Shown: positions 8,970-17,469, counted from the first letter of the stretch. The stretch: 61,106 nt of DNA from a virus (IMGVR_UViG_3300037483_001204:1-61106); one strand, 5' to 3'. The notes: a model not told the origin generated them from the sequence alone. Numbers and translations: made by a program.

Positions 8970-10978
8970 GCCACCCTCCTCCCCCGGCACCCCGGACAGA
9001 CCTTCTTCACGAGTTCTCGCCCGCACTCTAGGCAGATCCCCCTCACCGCCCCCCAACTCGTCGGGGAGACCTCGACGTCGACCTTCACCGGGACCTCTAG
9101 CTGGACGACGTCCCGCATGATCTCGCCCCAGCGCCTCGCCTCCCTCCAGTCCGCTACGCTCCCGACGTTCTCGTCGTGCTCGGTAAGCTGGACGAAGGCA
9201 CCCTCCGCGTCGAGCGCGACGAGGGAGGCCTTCGTCTGGTCCGCGGCGGAGCCCTGGACGACCCCGTTCGTCCCCTTATGGAGCCAGTCGTACGTCCCGT
9301 CCGCCTTCAGCGGGAAGTTGATCCGCCGCCCGAGGATCGTCCGGACGTAGCCCCGGGCCTTAATCACGTCCTGGATCCGCCACGAGAGGGGACGGACCCA
9401 CGGGACCCGGGCGTGAAACTGGTCGATGATCGCCTGCCCCTCGTCTCCGGCCCCGAGGTACTCGTGGCCGCTCTTCGTCCGGCGCATCTTCGTCGGGAGG
9501 TCCATATAGTGGACGCAGAGCTTCGCCCCGCCCATCCCGTAGACCGAGCCAAGGAAGACGTCCTTCGCGCGCCGCCGCTCTAGACCCGTAACCCGCGCCA
9601 TGAAGGAGTGGAAGTCGAGGTCGGGGTTCCGGTGGTACTCGTCCCGCGCCTCCCGCGCTCCGGGGAGGGGGCGCCCGCTCCGGTCCCGGGAGAGGTAGGC
9701 GTAGTGGACCGCGAGCCGGGGCTCCTGCTGGGAGTAGTCGGGGGCGGCCATGATCGACCCCTCCTCGGGGAGGTAGAGCGTCCGGAGCTTCTCCTTCAGC
9801 TCCGGGTAGCGGTCCCCGTACTGCTGCTGGAGGTTCACGTGCTCCATCGACGTCCGCCCGCTCCGGGCTCCCTTTAGCTTCCCGGTCTCCTCGTCCTCCC
9901 GCTTGAGCTGGTTGATCGTCGGGTGGAGCCGACCGTTCACGAGGTGGTCCCGGATCGACCGGACGAACGTCGTCCGCATCTTGTTCATCTGCCGGGCCCG
10001 GAGGAGCGCGCGGGGGACCGGCCCCGGGCTCCGCTCCAGTAGCCCCGAGGTTACGCTGGGCTTCCTCGTCTTCGGGGTGAGGCGCGGCGAGATCCCGACC
10101 GAGCGGAGGGCCGCCGCGCAGGCCTCCGCCTTCCAGGCGTCGTCGACCTCGAAGGGAACCGCCGCCCCGGCTCGGATCGTCGCCGCGGCCCTCCGCTCCT
10201 CCCCCAGGGCCCACTCCGCGACTCGGTCGAGGCCGTCTAAGTCGACCCGGACTCCCCTCCTCGTCATCTTCACGAGGACCGGGAGGACCCGGCTCTCCAG
10301 GTCGTAGATCCCCCAGAGGTCCCCCTCCTCGATCCTCCGCTCCATTCTCCGGAGGAGGACGAGGGGGAGGCGGGCGTCCTGCTCCGCGTAGTCCCCGACG
10401 AGGTTCGCCGGCAGCATCCAGAGGTCCCTCCTCCGGTCGACCCCGAGGACCTCCGCCGCCCGGTCGAGCAGAGCGTACTCCTTCCCCGGGATCCCCTCCC
10501 GCCGCGCGACCGCGTCGAGGGCGTAGGAGGGATAGAGTTCGTAGAGAAGCGGCGCCGCGATCTGCGTGTCCCGGAACCACGCCGCGCGCCGATAGACGAC
10601 GCCGTTCTGGGCTAACCAGTCGAGGTCGTACGAGAGGTTGTGCCCGACGATCGTCCCCTCGAACGTCGCCGCCTGCTCGCGGAGGTAGGCCCAGGTCCTC
10701 TCGGGGTCGAGGTTCCCGCCGCCCTCGTGCGCGACCGGGAGGTAGGCCGAGGGTCCGTCCTCGATCGCGAACGAGACCCCGACGACGTACGACCCCGCCC
10801 GCCGCACCCCGGGGCCGAGGTTACGACTCCCCCGTCGATCCCCGAGGTCGGGGTCTCGCGTCTCGACGTCGACTGCGACCCGGCTCGCGTCTCTCCAAGA
10901 CGGAAGCTCGGCGAGGCTCGGGGCGGTCCAGTCCGACTCGATCGGAAACGGGATCGGGCGCTGCGTCGGGGGGGACAT
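8966..10978 (-). CDS. polA: family A DNA polymerase with 3'-5' exonuclease
   Basis: Exo motifs DVET, HNLSYD, YAEQD; polymerase motif A DYSQQEPR, motif B RAKDVFLGSVYG, motif C HDE. Confidence 0.95.
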   Translation of the reverse strand: MSPPTQRPIPFPIESDWTAPSLAELPSWRDASRVAVDVETRDPDLGDRRGSRNLGPGVRRAGSYVVGVSFAIEDGPSAYLPVAHEGGGNLDPERTWAYLREQAATFEGTIVGHNLSYDLDWLAQNGVVYRRAAWFRDTQIAAPLLYELYPSYALDAVARREGIPGKEYALLDRAAEVLGVDRRRDLWMLPANLVGDYAEQDARLPLVLLRRMERRIEEGDLWGIYDLESRVLPVLVKMTRRGVRVDLDGLDRVAEWALGEERRAAATIRAGAAVPFEVDDAWKAEACAAALRSVGISPRLTPKTRKPSVTSGLLERSPGPVPRALLRARQMNKMRTTFVRSIRDHLVNGRLHPTINQLKREDEETGKLKGARSGRTSMEHVNLQQQYGDRYPELKEKLRTLYLPEEGSIMAAPDYSQQEPRLAVHYAYLSRDRSGRPLPGAREARDEYHRNPDLDFHSFMARVTGLERRRAKDVFLGSVYGMGGAKLCVHYMDLPTKMRRTKSGHEYLGAGDEGQAIIDQFHARVPWVRPLSWRIQDVIKARGYVRTILGRRINFPLKADGTYDWLHKGTNGVVQGSAADQTKASLVALDAEGAFVQLTEHDENVGSVADWREARRWGEIMRDVVQLEVPVKVDVEVSPTSWGAVRGICLECGRELVKKVCPGCRGRRVA

Positions 10979-10981
10979 ACC

Positions 10982-11368
10982 CTACCCACCCTCGCCGCCG
11001 TTGAGCCCGACCTCCTCCATGGCCCTCCGCCACTCTGCTACCTCGGGGAGGCGGAGGAGTCGGGACATCTCATTTCGAGCCCGCGCCGCCTTTTCGGTGG
11101 AACTGATCCGTCCGAGGGAGGCCGCCTCCGCGCAAGAGAGGAGCCGGGCGATCGAGACGAGCCCCCGGATAGTCGGGGTCGGGAACTTCGCGGGCGGGAT
11201 CCGGCTCTCCGAGACGAAGTCGAAGACCGACCGGACGACCGGCTCCGCGGAGCAATCGCAGCTCACGACGGATCTCGGGGGACCGACCACCGTCGAGGCG
11301 TCGTCCGGAACCGCGTAGACGGGCGCCCCGCACTTCGGGCAACTCCCCACGACGTAGTAGTAGCTCAC
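10982..11368 (-). CDS. hypothetical protein with Zn-ribbon-like Cys pairs
   Basis: CPKCG ... CDC. Confidence 0.55.
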   Translation of the reverse strand: MSYYYVVGSCPKCGAPVYAVPDDASTVVGPPRSVVSCDCSAEPVVRSVFDFVSESRIPPAKFPTPTIRGLVSIARLLSCAEAASLGRISSTEKAARARNEMSRLLRLPEVAEWRRAMEEVGLNGGEGG

Positions 11369-11371
11369 GGC

Positions 11372-11854
11372 CTAGTCCTCCTCGGGCTCGGGCGTCGCCC
11401 AGCCCTCCTCGATCGCGACCGCCTCGACGAGCGCGAGGTAGCGGCGAAGGTCCCGGACGTCCCTCAGCAGCGGCTCCGGGCGTAGGTCGTCCGCGAGCGC
11501 CGCGAAGAGGTCCCCCGTCGGGCGGAGGAGGTCCCGGAGGAGGGAGGATAGCTCCCTCGGGTCCGAGATGAAGGCCGGAGCCTCCTTGATAAGACCTACC
11601 CGCTCGGCCTCTCTAAGAACGTCCTCCGCCCGCGCCCGCGCCCCGGGGACGGGGGCGAGCGCCGTCCGGATCCGGTCCCACTTCCTCCGGAGGTTCTCGT
11701 AGGGCGCCGCGCGCCACGAGCCCCCGTAGCCTCGGTCCCGGAGGAGCGTCCTCCGGACGTCCTCCGCCGCGATCGACTCCAGGTGGCGGAGGTACTCCAG
11801 CCCGCTTCCCCCGACGCTAGACGGGTCTCCCTCCACCTCGTACGGGCGGCTCAT
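11372..11854 (-). CDS. nucleotide-modification-associated domain 1 (Nmad1/DUF1599-like)
   Basis: RDRGYGGSW...NLRRKWDRI...RDLRRYLALVEA pattern; ATG 11854 overlaps the HD gene stop. Confidence 0.6.
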   Translation of the reverse strand: MSRPYEVEGDPSSVGGSGLEYLRHLESIAAEDVRRTLLRDRGYGGSWRAAPYENLRRKWDRIRTALAPVPGARARAEDVLREAERVGLIKEAPAFISDPRELSSLLRDLLRPTGDLFAALADDLRPEPLLRDVRDLRRYLALVEAVAIEEGWATPEPEED

Positions 11855-12426
11855 CGGACGACCTCGTCGAGGAAGGACGGCCGCCGGTTCTCCCACTCGT
11901 CCCAGAACTTCCGGACGGGCTCCGGGATCTCGTCCCCCCGGCTCTCCAGCCACCCCTCCAGCCGCTCTATCACGGGGTCGACGTGGTCGTTCCCGAGCCG
12001 CTTCTGCTCGCAGCACCAGAGCCATAGTTCGAGCTTATCGAGGGCGTAGAGCCAGTAGACCTCCTCCTCCGAGAGATCGGAGAGGATCCGACCGATCCCG
12101 AGCCCGTGACGAACGGCCGACTCGATCTTCCCCAGCTCCTCGTCGAACCGACTCCCCGGGAGCCAGGACACCGTAACCGGGACGTCCCCGGTGAACGCCT
12201 CGTGGACGTCGTGGTAGTGGACCGCCCGGACGAGCCTCGCCGGAGGCTCGGAGGGCCACAGCGCGTAGAGGAGCGTCAGCACCCCGTGGGTATGGGCCGC
12301 GACGGAGTACGACCCGACGTGTCGGATCGCGTGGCACCGTTCGACGGCGCCCCCCGCGCGGAGGTCGGTTACTCGCTGGACGAGGTCGCTCACGACGACG
12401 CCGTCCGGTCTCTTCGCTGCTCCCAT
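11851..12426 (-). CDS. HD-domain 5'-deoxynucleotidase (YfbR-like)
   Basis: R..H....YSVAAH...HDVHEAFTGDVP...DKLE; real start ATG 12426 with AGGAG RBS. Confidence 0.85.
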   Translation of the reverse strand: MGAAKRPDGVVVSDLVQRVTDLRAGGAVERCHAIRHVGSYSVAAHTHGVLTLLYALWPSEPPARLVRAVHYHDVHEAFTGDVPVTVSWLPGSRFDEELGKIESAVRHGLGIGRILSDLSEEEVYWLYALDKLELWLWCCEQKRLGNDHVDPVIERLEGWLESRGDEIPEPVRKFWDEWENRRPSFLDEVVR

Positions 12427-13499
12427 CGACTCCTCCTTCGGTCTAGCCAGTCTCTCCCCGCCACGCGCCAGTCGTCCGCGTGGCACCTCTCGATCTCTTC
12501 GAGCGCCCCGTCGTAGTCCCGGAGCCGGTGCGCCCGGTGCGCCCGGATCATCGGGAGCGCGACGTGGACGAGGAAGGGCGAGGCGAGCGCCGCGGAGACT
12601 CCCCCGGAGTCCCGTCGCGCGTTCTCTCCGCTCCACTCGACCCACCTTAGGAACTGCCGAAGTTGAGCGTCCCACTCGTCCGGGTCCTCCCCCGTCTCGA
12701 TCAGCGGGGGGCTCGGCCGGAGACCGCTCGCGTACGGGTCCGCGATCGGTCGGTGGTCGAGGACGGCCCGCGCCTCGTCCGCGAGGGGTTCGAGGGGCTG
12801 GATGGTCGCGAGGTAGCCGTGCCAGTTGTTCGAGAACTGGACGAGGCGACCGACCGGGCACCCGACCCGCGCCGCTAGGTACTCCTGGAGGAGGGAGAAG
12901 TGGACCGCGTTCGCCCCGTACGCCCCCCAGACGACGTCGTTCGAGCGACACGAGACCGTGAGGTCGAGCCGCCCGTCGTCGTCCCGGGAGAAGTAGGCGT
13001 GGGTGTTACACGGGACGTCGAGGCTCCCCGAGCCGAGGTCGCGCTCCGGGTCCCACATCGCGACGACGCACCGTCGGTCGTCCGGGTTACTCCGGAGACG
13101 CTCCGCGATGTGGGGGAGCTGATCCGAGTACCCCGGGCCCGCGTAAGACGGGTCGCGCCACGGGAATCCCCGCCAGCGCCTCCCGTAGGCCCCGTGGAAG
13201 TGGACGCCGTCGTCGGAGAACGTCTCCATCCGCTTCACAAAATCGCGGACGAAGGCGACGTCGTCCCTTCCCGCGAGCATCCAGAGCGCCTCGAAGAGGT
13301 GGAAGAAGGGGTTAGCGTCCCGCTCCCGCCAGAAGAGGACCCGCTCGCGGGGGCGCTCGTACTCGGTCACGACGGGGCCCGGGGCGACGAGGACCGGGCC
13401 GTTCCGCGAGCCCCGGGCCCGCCCGTGCTCGAAGAGGTAGTCGAGGGCGACCGGAAGAGCGCAGTGTACGTTCCGGGCCCGGATAACGTGGACGCTCAC
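12390..13499 (-). CDS. thymidylate synthase-family enzyme, likely dUMP hydroxymethylase
   Basis: Catalytic PCN, RSND, GAN (Asn implies dUMP specificity), NNWHGY; lies in a cluster with 5-hmdU modification genes; GTG 13499. Confidence 0.85.
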   Translation of the reverse strand: MSVHVIRARNVHCALPVALDYLFEHGRARGSRNGPVLVAPGPVVTEYERPRERVLFWRERDANPFFHLFEALWMLAGRDDVAFVRDFVKRMETFSDDGVHFHGAYGRRWRGFPWRDPSYAGPGYSDQLPHIAERLRSNPDDRRCVVAMWDPERDLGSGSLDVPCNTHAYFSRDDDGRLDLTVSCRSNDVVWGAYGANAVHFSLLQEYLAARVGCPVGRLVQFSNNWHGYLATIQPLEPLADEARAVLDHRPIADPYASGLRPSPPLIETGEDPDEWDAQLRQFLRWVEWSGENARRDSGGVSAALASPFLVHVALPMIRAHRAHRLRDYDGALEEIERCHADDWRVAGRDWLDRRRSRWEQRRDRTASS

Positions 13500-13672
13500 C
13501 GCTTCCTCCACTCGTCGAACGCCCGAACGACCTCGGACTCTAGTACGATCTCGTTGGTCACCGCGACTCCGTTCTCCGTCGTCAGCACGAAGCAGCCCGG
13601 GTACGGGTAGGGACTCTCCTCGACGTAGACCCCGTCCCCGAGGTAGGTCTTCTCCCTCGCTCCTTCCTTCAA
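13496..13672 (-). CDS. small conserved phage protein (YLGDGVYV...)
   Basis: TTG 13672 overlaps the UDG-like gene stop. Confidence 0.55.
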   Translation of the reverse strand: MKEGAREKTYLGDGVYVEESPYPYPGCFVLTTENGVAVTNEIVLESEVVRAFDEWRKR

Positions 13673-13697
13673 GTCGTGGCTCCTTCCTTCAAGTCGT
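13659..13697. repeat. 19-nt tandem duplication GCTCCTTCCTTCAAGTCGT
   Basis: Copies at 13659-13677 and 13679-13697. Confidence 0.9.
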
Positions 13698-14184
13698 TGA
13701 AGAGGTCCCGTACCGCGGCTCGGTTCGGCTCCTCGTTCCACCATCGGTTCCGTCCGGACGGGTGCGGGACGACGATCGCCCGCCAGCTACCGTCCGCCGT
13801 GAGGACCTCCCCCCACTCTAGGAACCCCACCGGCCTCCGCCAGGCGAACGACCGCTGGACGTTCCGGCCGAGGAGGACGAGGCCCGAGTGCCGGTCCCGC
13901 TGGAGTGCCCCGAGGATCGAGAGCGCCCCGAGGCGGGCCCGTCGGAGCGGGAACCCCCCGCCGGGCGGGATCGGCTCCCGGACGACGTTCGTCCGGTCGA
14001 GTCGACGGAGGTACTCCCTCGGGGTCCAGCCCGCTAACCGGCAGAGCCTCCCCCCGCTCCTACAGTCCCCCATCGGGTTCAGCCAGACCCTCGGCCGATC
14101 GGCGCAGTCCGGCGTCGGGGCCTCCCCCACGAGGAGGTAGACCGGCCCCCGGCCCGGGGCCCGGAACGTGATCGCCCCGCGCAC
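13669..14184 (-). CDS. uracil-DNA glycosylase superfamily protein
   Basis: Motif A LLVGEAP, central N, VLLG, motif B PHPSGRNRWWN. Confidence 0.75.
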   Translation of the reverse strand: MRGAITFRAPGRGPVYLLVGEAPTPDCADRPRVWLNPMGDCRSGGRLCRLAGWTPREYLRRLDRTNVVREPIPPGGGFPLRRARLGALSILGALQRDRHSGLVLLGRNVQRSFAWRRPVGFLEWGEVLTADGSWRAIVVPHPSGRNRWWNEEPNRAAVRDLFNDLKEGATT

Positions 14185-14185
14185 C

Positions 14186-14467
14186 CTAGTTGCGCCTCTT
14201 CGGGTCGAACCCCGGCGGGGGCTTCGCGAGGCCGAGGGCCTCCCCGGCCCGGCTCTGGAAGTGGGCGACGACCTCGTTCGTCCGCTTCTCGATCCCCGCG
14301 ATCACCGCGGATAGGTCGCTCATCGAGACCCTCTCCGGAATTAGGCAGTGGAACTCGATCGAGTCCCCCCGCTTCGTAAAGACGAAGGCGATCTCCGCTC
14401 CCCGCACCGCGTCGAGCGCCCCCCGCTTCGCGTCGTCCGCGTTGAGGTGCTCCTTCCGCTCTCCCAT
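14186..14467 (-). CDS. hypothetical protein
   Basis: 93-aa ORF packed within the operon. Confidence 0.55.
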   Translation of the reverse strand: MGERKEHLNADDAKRGALDAVRGAEIAFVFTKRGDSIEFHCLIPERVSMSDLSAVIAGIEKRTNEVVAHFQSRAGEALGLAKPPPGFDPKRRN

Positions 14468-14471
14468 TTCT

Positions 14472-14654
14472 CTAGCCCGCCTTTCCCTCTCGGATTTGGC
14501 CTAGCATCAACTTTAGGTCGGGGTGCCCGAGAACGACCCGACCCCCGACCCTCGCCTCGTAGCTAATCGAGACGAGCGCGGTGATCTGGTACGTTCGGCC
14601 GTCCGGTCCCCGGAACTCCATCACCGGGACTCTCGCCTCGTCGCCCCCGCTCAT
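14472..14654 (-). CDS. hypothetical protein
   Basis: 60-aa ORF, ATGA-coupled. Confidence 0.5.
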   Translation of the reverse strand: MSGGDEARVPVMEFRGPDGRTYQITALVSISYEARVGGRVVLGHPDLKLMLGQIREGKAG

Positions 14655-15529
14655 CCCCGGAACAGCGCCCGCGGGCGCCCCTCGCCGAGCCGGACCCGCT
14701 CGTACTTATCGAACTCGCACAGCGAGTGCTCTACGTCCCGCATCTCTAGTCTCGGCCACGCCCCCGGCCACCCCTCGTCGAGCCCCCCGAGGATCTCGCG
14801 CATCATCCCGGCCGCGTCCGCTGGGCGAAGGGGATGGGAGAGACGCTGCCCGAGGAGTCGGTTCAACCCCCGGAGGGCCCCCGGACCCGCGTTGGCCCAG
14901 GAGAGGACGTCGGGGGCGCCCCGGAGGTAGCGCGTCCAGCGGAGGTCGGTCACGACCTCGTACGCCATGAACGGCCCCCACCCGACGTACCTCGGCTCCT
15001 GGAAGAGGTCCCAGACCTGGTGGAGGGAGAGCCCGATAGAGAGGGACAGACCCCAGAAGGTCCGATCCTCCCAGAGCCTCCCGAGGATGATCTCCGCGAT
15101 GTACCGGTGCTTCGACCACGAGTACCACTCCTTCGAGCGGTCGCTCTCCGCCCGGATCACGTAGGCTCCGGTGTAGACCTTCTCGCCGCGCGCCGCGCGG
15201 GCCGCGAGGACCTCCGTGAACCGCTTCGCGCTCCAAAAGTCCTTCTCCGGCCAGGCCCCTCTCGTCTCAATCAACTCCGCGAGGGTCTCCGGCCAGTTCA
15301 CGTAGCGGGCGATCGCGAGCATGAACCAGAGGTGCTCGGAGTTCGCGAACGGCTCCCGGACGTTCTCTCGGATCCAGACCGTCACCCGGTCCAGCTCCCG
15401 GTAGACGTTCGTGAAGCGATAGGTCCGGAGGATCTCGTCCTCCGTCCAGGGCCCCGGCTCCCCCGCCGCGCGGGCGAGGTAGATCCGGTGGCGCTCGGTC
15501 ATGAACGCGAGGAGGCGGGAGAGGTCCAC
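14651..15529 (-). CDS. 5-hmdU DNA kinase helical domain (aGPT-Pplase1 family)
   Basis: ERHRIY...GEPGPWTEDEILRTYRFTNVYRELDRVT, YTGAY, GWGPFMAYEVVTDL, GPGALRGL, EHSLCEFDKY. Confidence 0.85.
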   Translation of the reverse strand: MDLSRLLAFMTERHRIYLARAAGEPGPWTEDEILRTYRFTNVYRELDRVTVWIRENVREPFANSEHLWFMLAIARYVNWPETLAELIETRGAWPEKDFWSAKRFTEVLAARAARGEKVYTGAYVIRAESDRSKEWYSWSKHRYIAEIILGRLWEDRTFWGLSLSIGLSLHQVWDLFQEPRYVGWGPFMAYEVVTDLRWTRYLRGAPDVLSWANAGPGALRGLNRLLGQRLSHPLRPADAAGMMREILGGLDEGWPGAWPRLEMRDVEHSLCEFDKYERVRLGEGRPRALFRG

Positions 15530-16108
15530 TTACTCCGCCCTCTCCGCCGGCAGCCGGAGGAGTTCCCGGACCCGCTCGTAGGTCTCCTCCCGGCCGAGCT
15601 TCTCCGTCGCGACCTTCGCCGCGCGGAGCTTCGCGACCGCCGTCCGCGTCGTCTTCAGCTTCGCCCGGACGTTCTCGACGTTGACGGGCTTCTTCGGGGG
15701 CCGCTTCGACCGCCGCCTCCGGTCCTCGATCCCCGCGAGGCACGTCGCGAGGTCGACGTCCATCTCGATCACCCGAAGGTCCCCCCGCCTCGCGAGCCGA
15801 AGCGTCCGCGTCGTCTCGTAGTAGAGGAGGGTTACACCCTCGAAGAGGACGTCGAAGCCCTCCGCGTCGAGCCACTCGACGAGCCCGAAGAGCTTGTCGA
15901 GCTTCGGGATCGTGTCGCACCCCCCGCACTCGGTCTCGTAGTGGCCGACGACCGCGAACCGGGTCTCGTCCCTCCGCTCGCAGAGGTAGTAGAGGGGTCG
16001 CTTCCGACCCTCGACGTGGACCGGGCAGGTGTCCTCCGCGAGGGCCATGACCCTCCGGACGACGGTGCTCTTCCCGGCGCCGAAGGCCCCTCGGACATTA
16101 ATCATCAC
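15530..16108 (-). CDS. P-loop kinase (5-hmdU kinase-associated family)
   Basis: INVRGAFGAGKST Walker A, GHYETECGGCDTI, VLFEG; GTG 16108 with AGGAGG RBS. Confidence 0.8.
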   Translation of the reverse strand: MMINVRGAFGAGKSTVVRRVMALAEDTCPVHVEGRKRPLYYLCERRDETRFAVVGHYETECGGCDTIPKLDKLFGLVEWLDAEGFDVLFEGVTLLYYETTRTLRLARRGDLRVIEMDVDLATCLAGIEDRRRRSKRPPKKPVNVENVRAKLKTTRTAVAKLRAAKVATEKLGREETYERVRELLRLPAERAE

Positions 16109-17469
16109 TCGTTCGTCCTCCTCTCGTTCCCGTAGCGTTTTGCGAAACCCCTCGACGCACCCACCAACTGCTCGACGATCTCCCGCCACTCTCTTGAAGC
16201 CTCCCGCTTACTACCTGGATCGAGAATCCGATCCTGCGGCTGCTCCCCGTAGGACGCGAGGAGACGAACCCGATCTCGCTCCGCCCCGAACTCCTCAACG
16301 AGCCGCTCACAATGCGTCGGATTCATCGCAAGGATGACGTCCGCAGCCCGAACAAGATCCTTCGTCAACCCCGTCGGCCGCCGCTTCGAGATCTCGGAGC
16401 CGTACCTCCCGATGCTCCTCCGCATCTTCGCTCCGACATGCCGCAGTGGTCGAAACCCCCCGGACCGGACATCGAGATCCGGCCGGAACTGCGCGATTAC
16501 CGCCGAGGCCGCTGGACTCCGATAGGCGTTCCCAAGACAAACGACGAGAACGACGGGCCGACGCGGCGGAACCTCCCCAATCCTCTCCCAGATCCCCCGC
16601 CGCGCCTTCTCGACACCGACATGGTGGCGAGACGTCGCCCGGTAGGTCATCTCCATTCCATGATCGTAGGGACAGAACCGGGGGAACGAGGCGTCAAGGA
16701 ACTCGGGCTGCCCCGAGAGGTCCTCGACGGTCTCTCCTGTCATGAGTGCCGCGCGAAGGTACGCTCGCGCCCAACGAGCCGCGGCGATAACTTCCTTGGG
16801 GTCGAGCGTCCCAGGAAAGTGTCGGAACTCGATCGTGTCGGTCTGAAGAAGCTGCCGGAGATTAACGGCAGACCGAGGCCGCGCATGCCAAAGAGTCTTC
16901 CCCGCCCGCGACCGCGGAACCTCCGCAGCGAAGAACTCCTCGACCGTCGTCGCGGCGAGCTGAGCCTCGGAGTATCGGGGGAGTGGGAGCTGATGATGAG
17001 AGACCTGCCTCCGGCGGAACCTCGTCACCGCCCCGCGGTAGTCCTCGTCCCGGACGTAGCTGTCCCGAAGAGGCTCCGGAATCGGATCGACGAAGTCAAG
17101 CGCCGAGGGAAGCTGCCGGACGTTGTAGGAGAGAAGCCGCTTCAGCGCGTCGAGATCCTCCCGAAGGCCAGGGACCCGAACGTGGACATGGAGGTTCGAG
17201 CGGTAGTTGACGCTGGCCTTCGGCTGAAGGAGAAGGAACTCCCGGAGAAGCCCCCCTTGGGCCTCGGGAGTCGAGGTCGGAGGCGTCCGAACCTCGCCGC
17301 CGTAAGGGTAGATCTGCCCAGGGGGGTCGACGGCAATCCCGTTCGAGTTGACGACCGTCCAGTCCCCACCCCAGTCGAACCCTTCCGGGACGCCGTTCCG
17401 CGTGTCCCAATCGGCGAACTCGTGCTCGACCCCGTAGGTCCAGCTGGCCTCGTTCAGGTTCGCGGTCAC
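16105..17469 (-). CDS. fusion: COOH-NH2 amidoligase plus LMW protein-tyrosine-phosphatase/ArsC-fold domain
   Basis: N-terminal TYGVEHE, GGEVRTPP, LHVHV, AVN, TIEFRHFPGTLD; C-terminal VVCLGNAYRSPAA (CX5R), ADVILAM, ILDP; GTG 17469 overlaps the rSAM stop and has a GGAGG RBS. Confidence 0.8.
   Translation of the reverse strand: MTANLNEASWTYGVEHEFADWDTRNGVPEGFDWGGDWTVVNSNGIAVDPPGQIYPYGGEVRTPPTSTPEAQGGLLREFLLLQPKASVNYRSNLHVHVRVPGLREDLDALKRLLSYNVRQLPSALDFVDPIPEPLRDSYVRDEDYRGAVTRFRRRQVSHHQLPLPRYSEAQLAATTVEEFFAAEVPRSRAGKTLWHARPRSAVNLRQLLQTDTIEFRHFPGTLDPKEVIAAARWARAYLRAALMTGETVEDLSGQPEFLDASFPRFCPYDHGMEMTYRATSRHHVGVEKARRGIWERIGEVPPRRPVVLVVCLGNAYRSPAASAVIAQFRPDLDVRSGGFRPLRHVGAKMRRSIGRYGSEISKRRPTGLTKDLVRAADVILAMNPTHCERLVEEFGAERDRVRLLASYGEQPQDRILDPGSKREASREWREIVEQLVGASRGFAKRYGNERRTNE

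Noticed and set aside
11851-12426. DatZ of a 2-aminoadenine (Z-genome) system
   Set aside because: No purZ homologue is visible and the context is thymidine modification.
12390-13499. Ordinary thyA or a dCMP hydroxymethylase
   Set aside because: Asn at the specificity position argues against dCMP, and the surrounding 5-hmdU enzymes favour dUMP hydroxymethylase; not provable from sequence alone.
16130-16560. Arsenate-resistance ArsC as an auxiliary metabolic gene
   Set aside because: The distal redox Cys pair of thioredoxin-coupled ArsC is not evident, there is no ars context, and the domain is fused to a ligase inside the modification operon.
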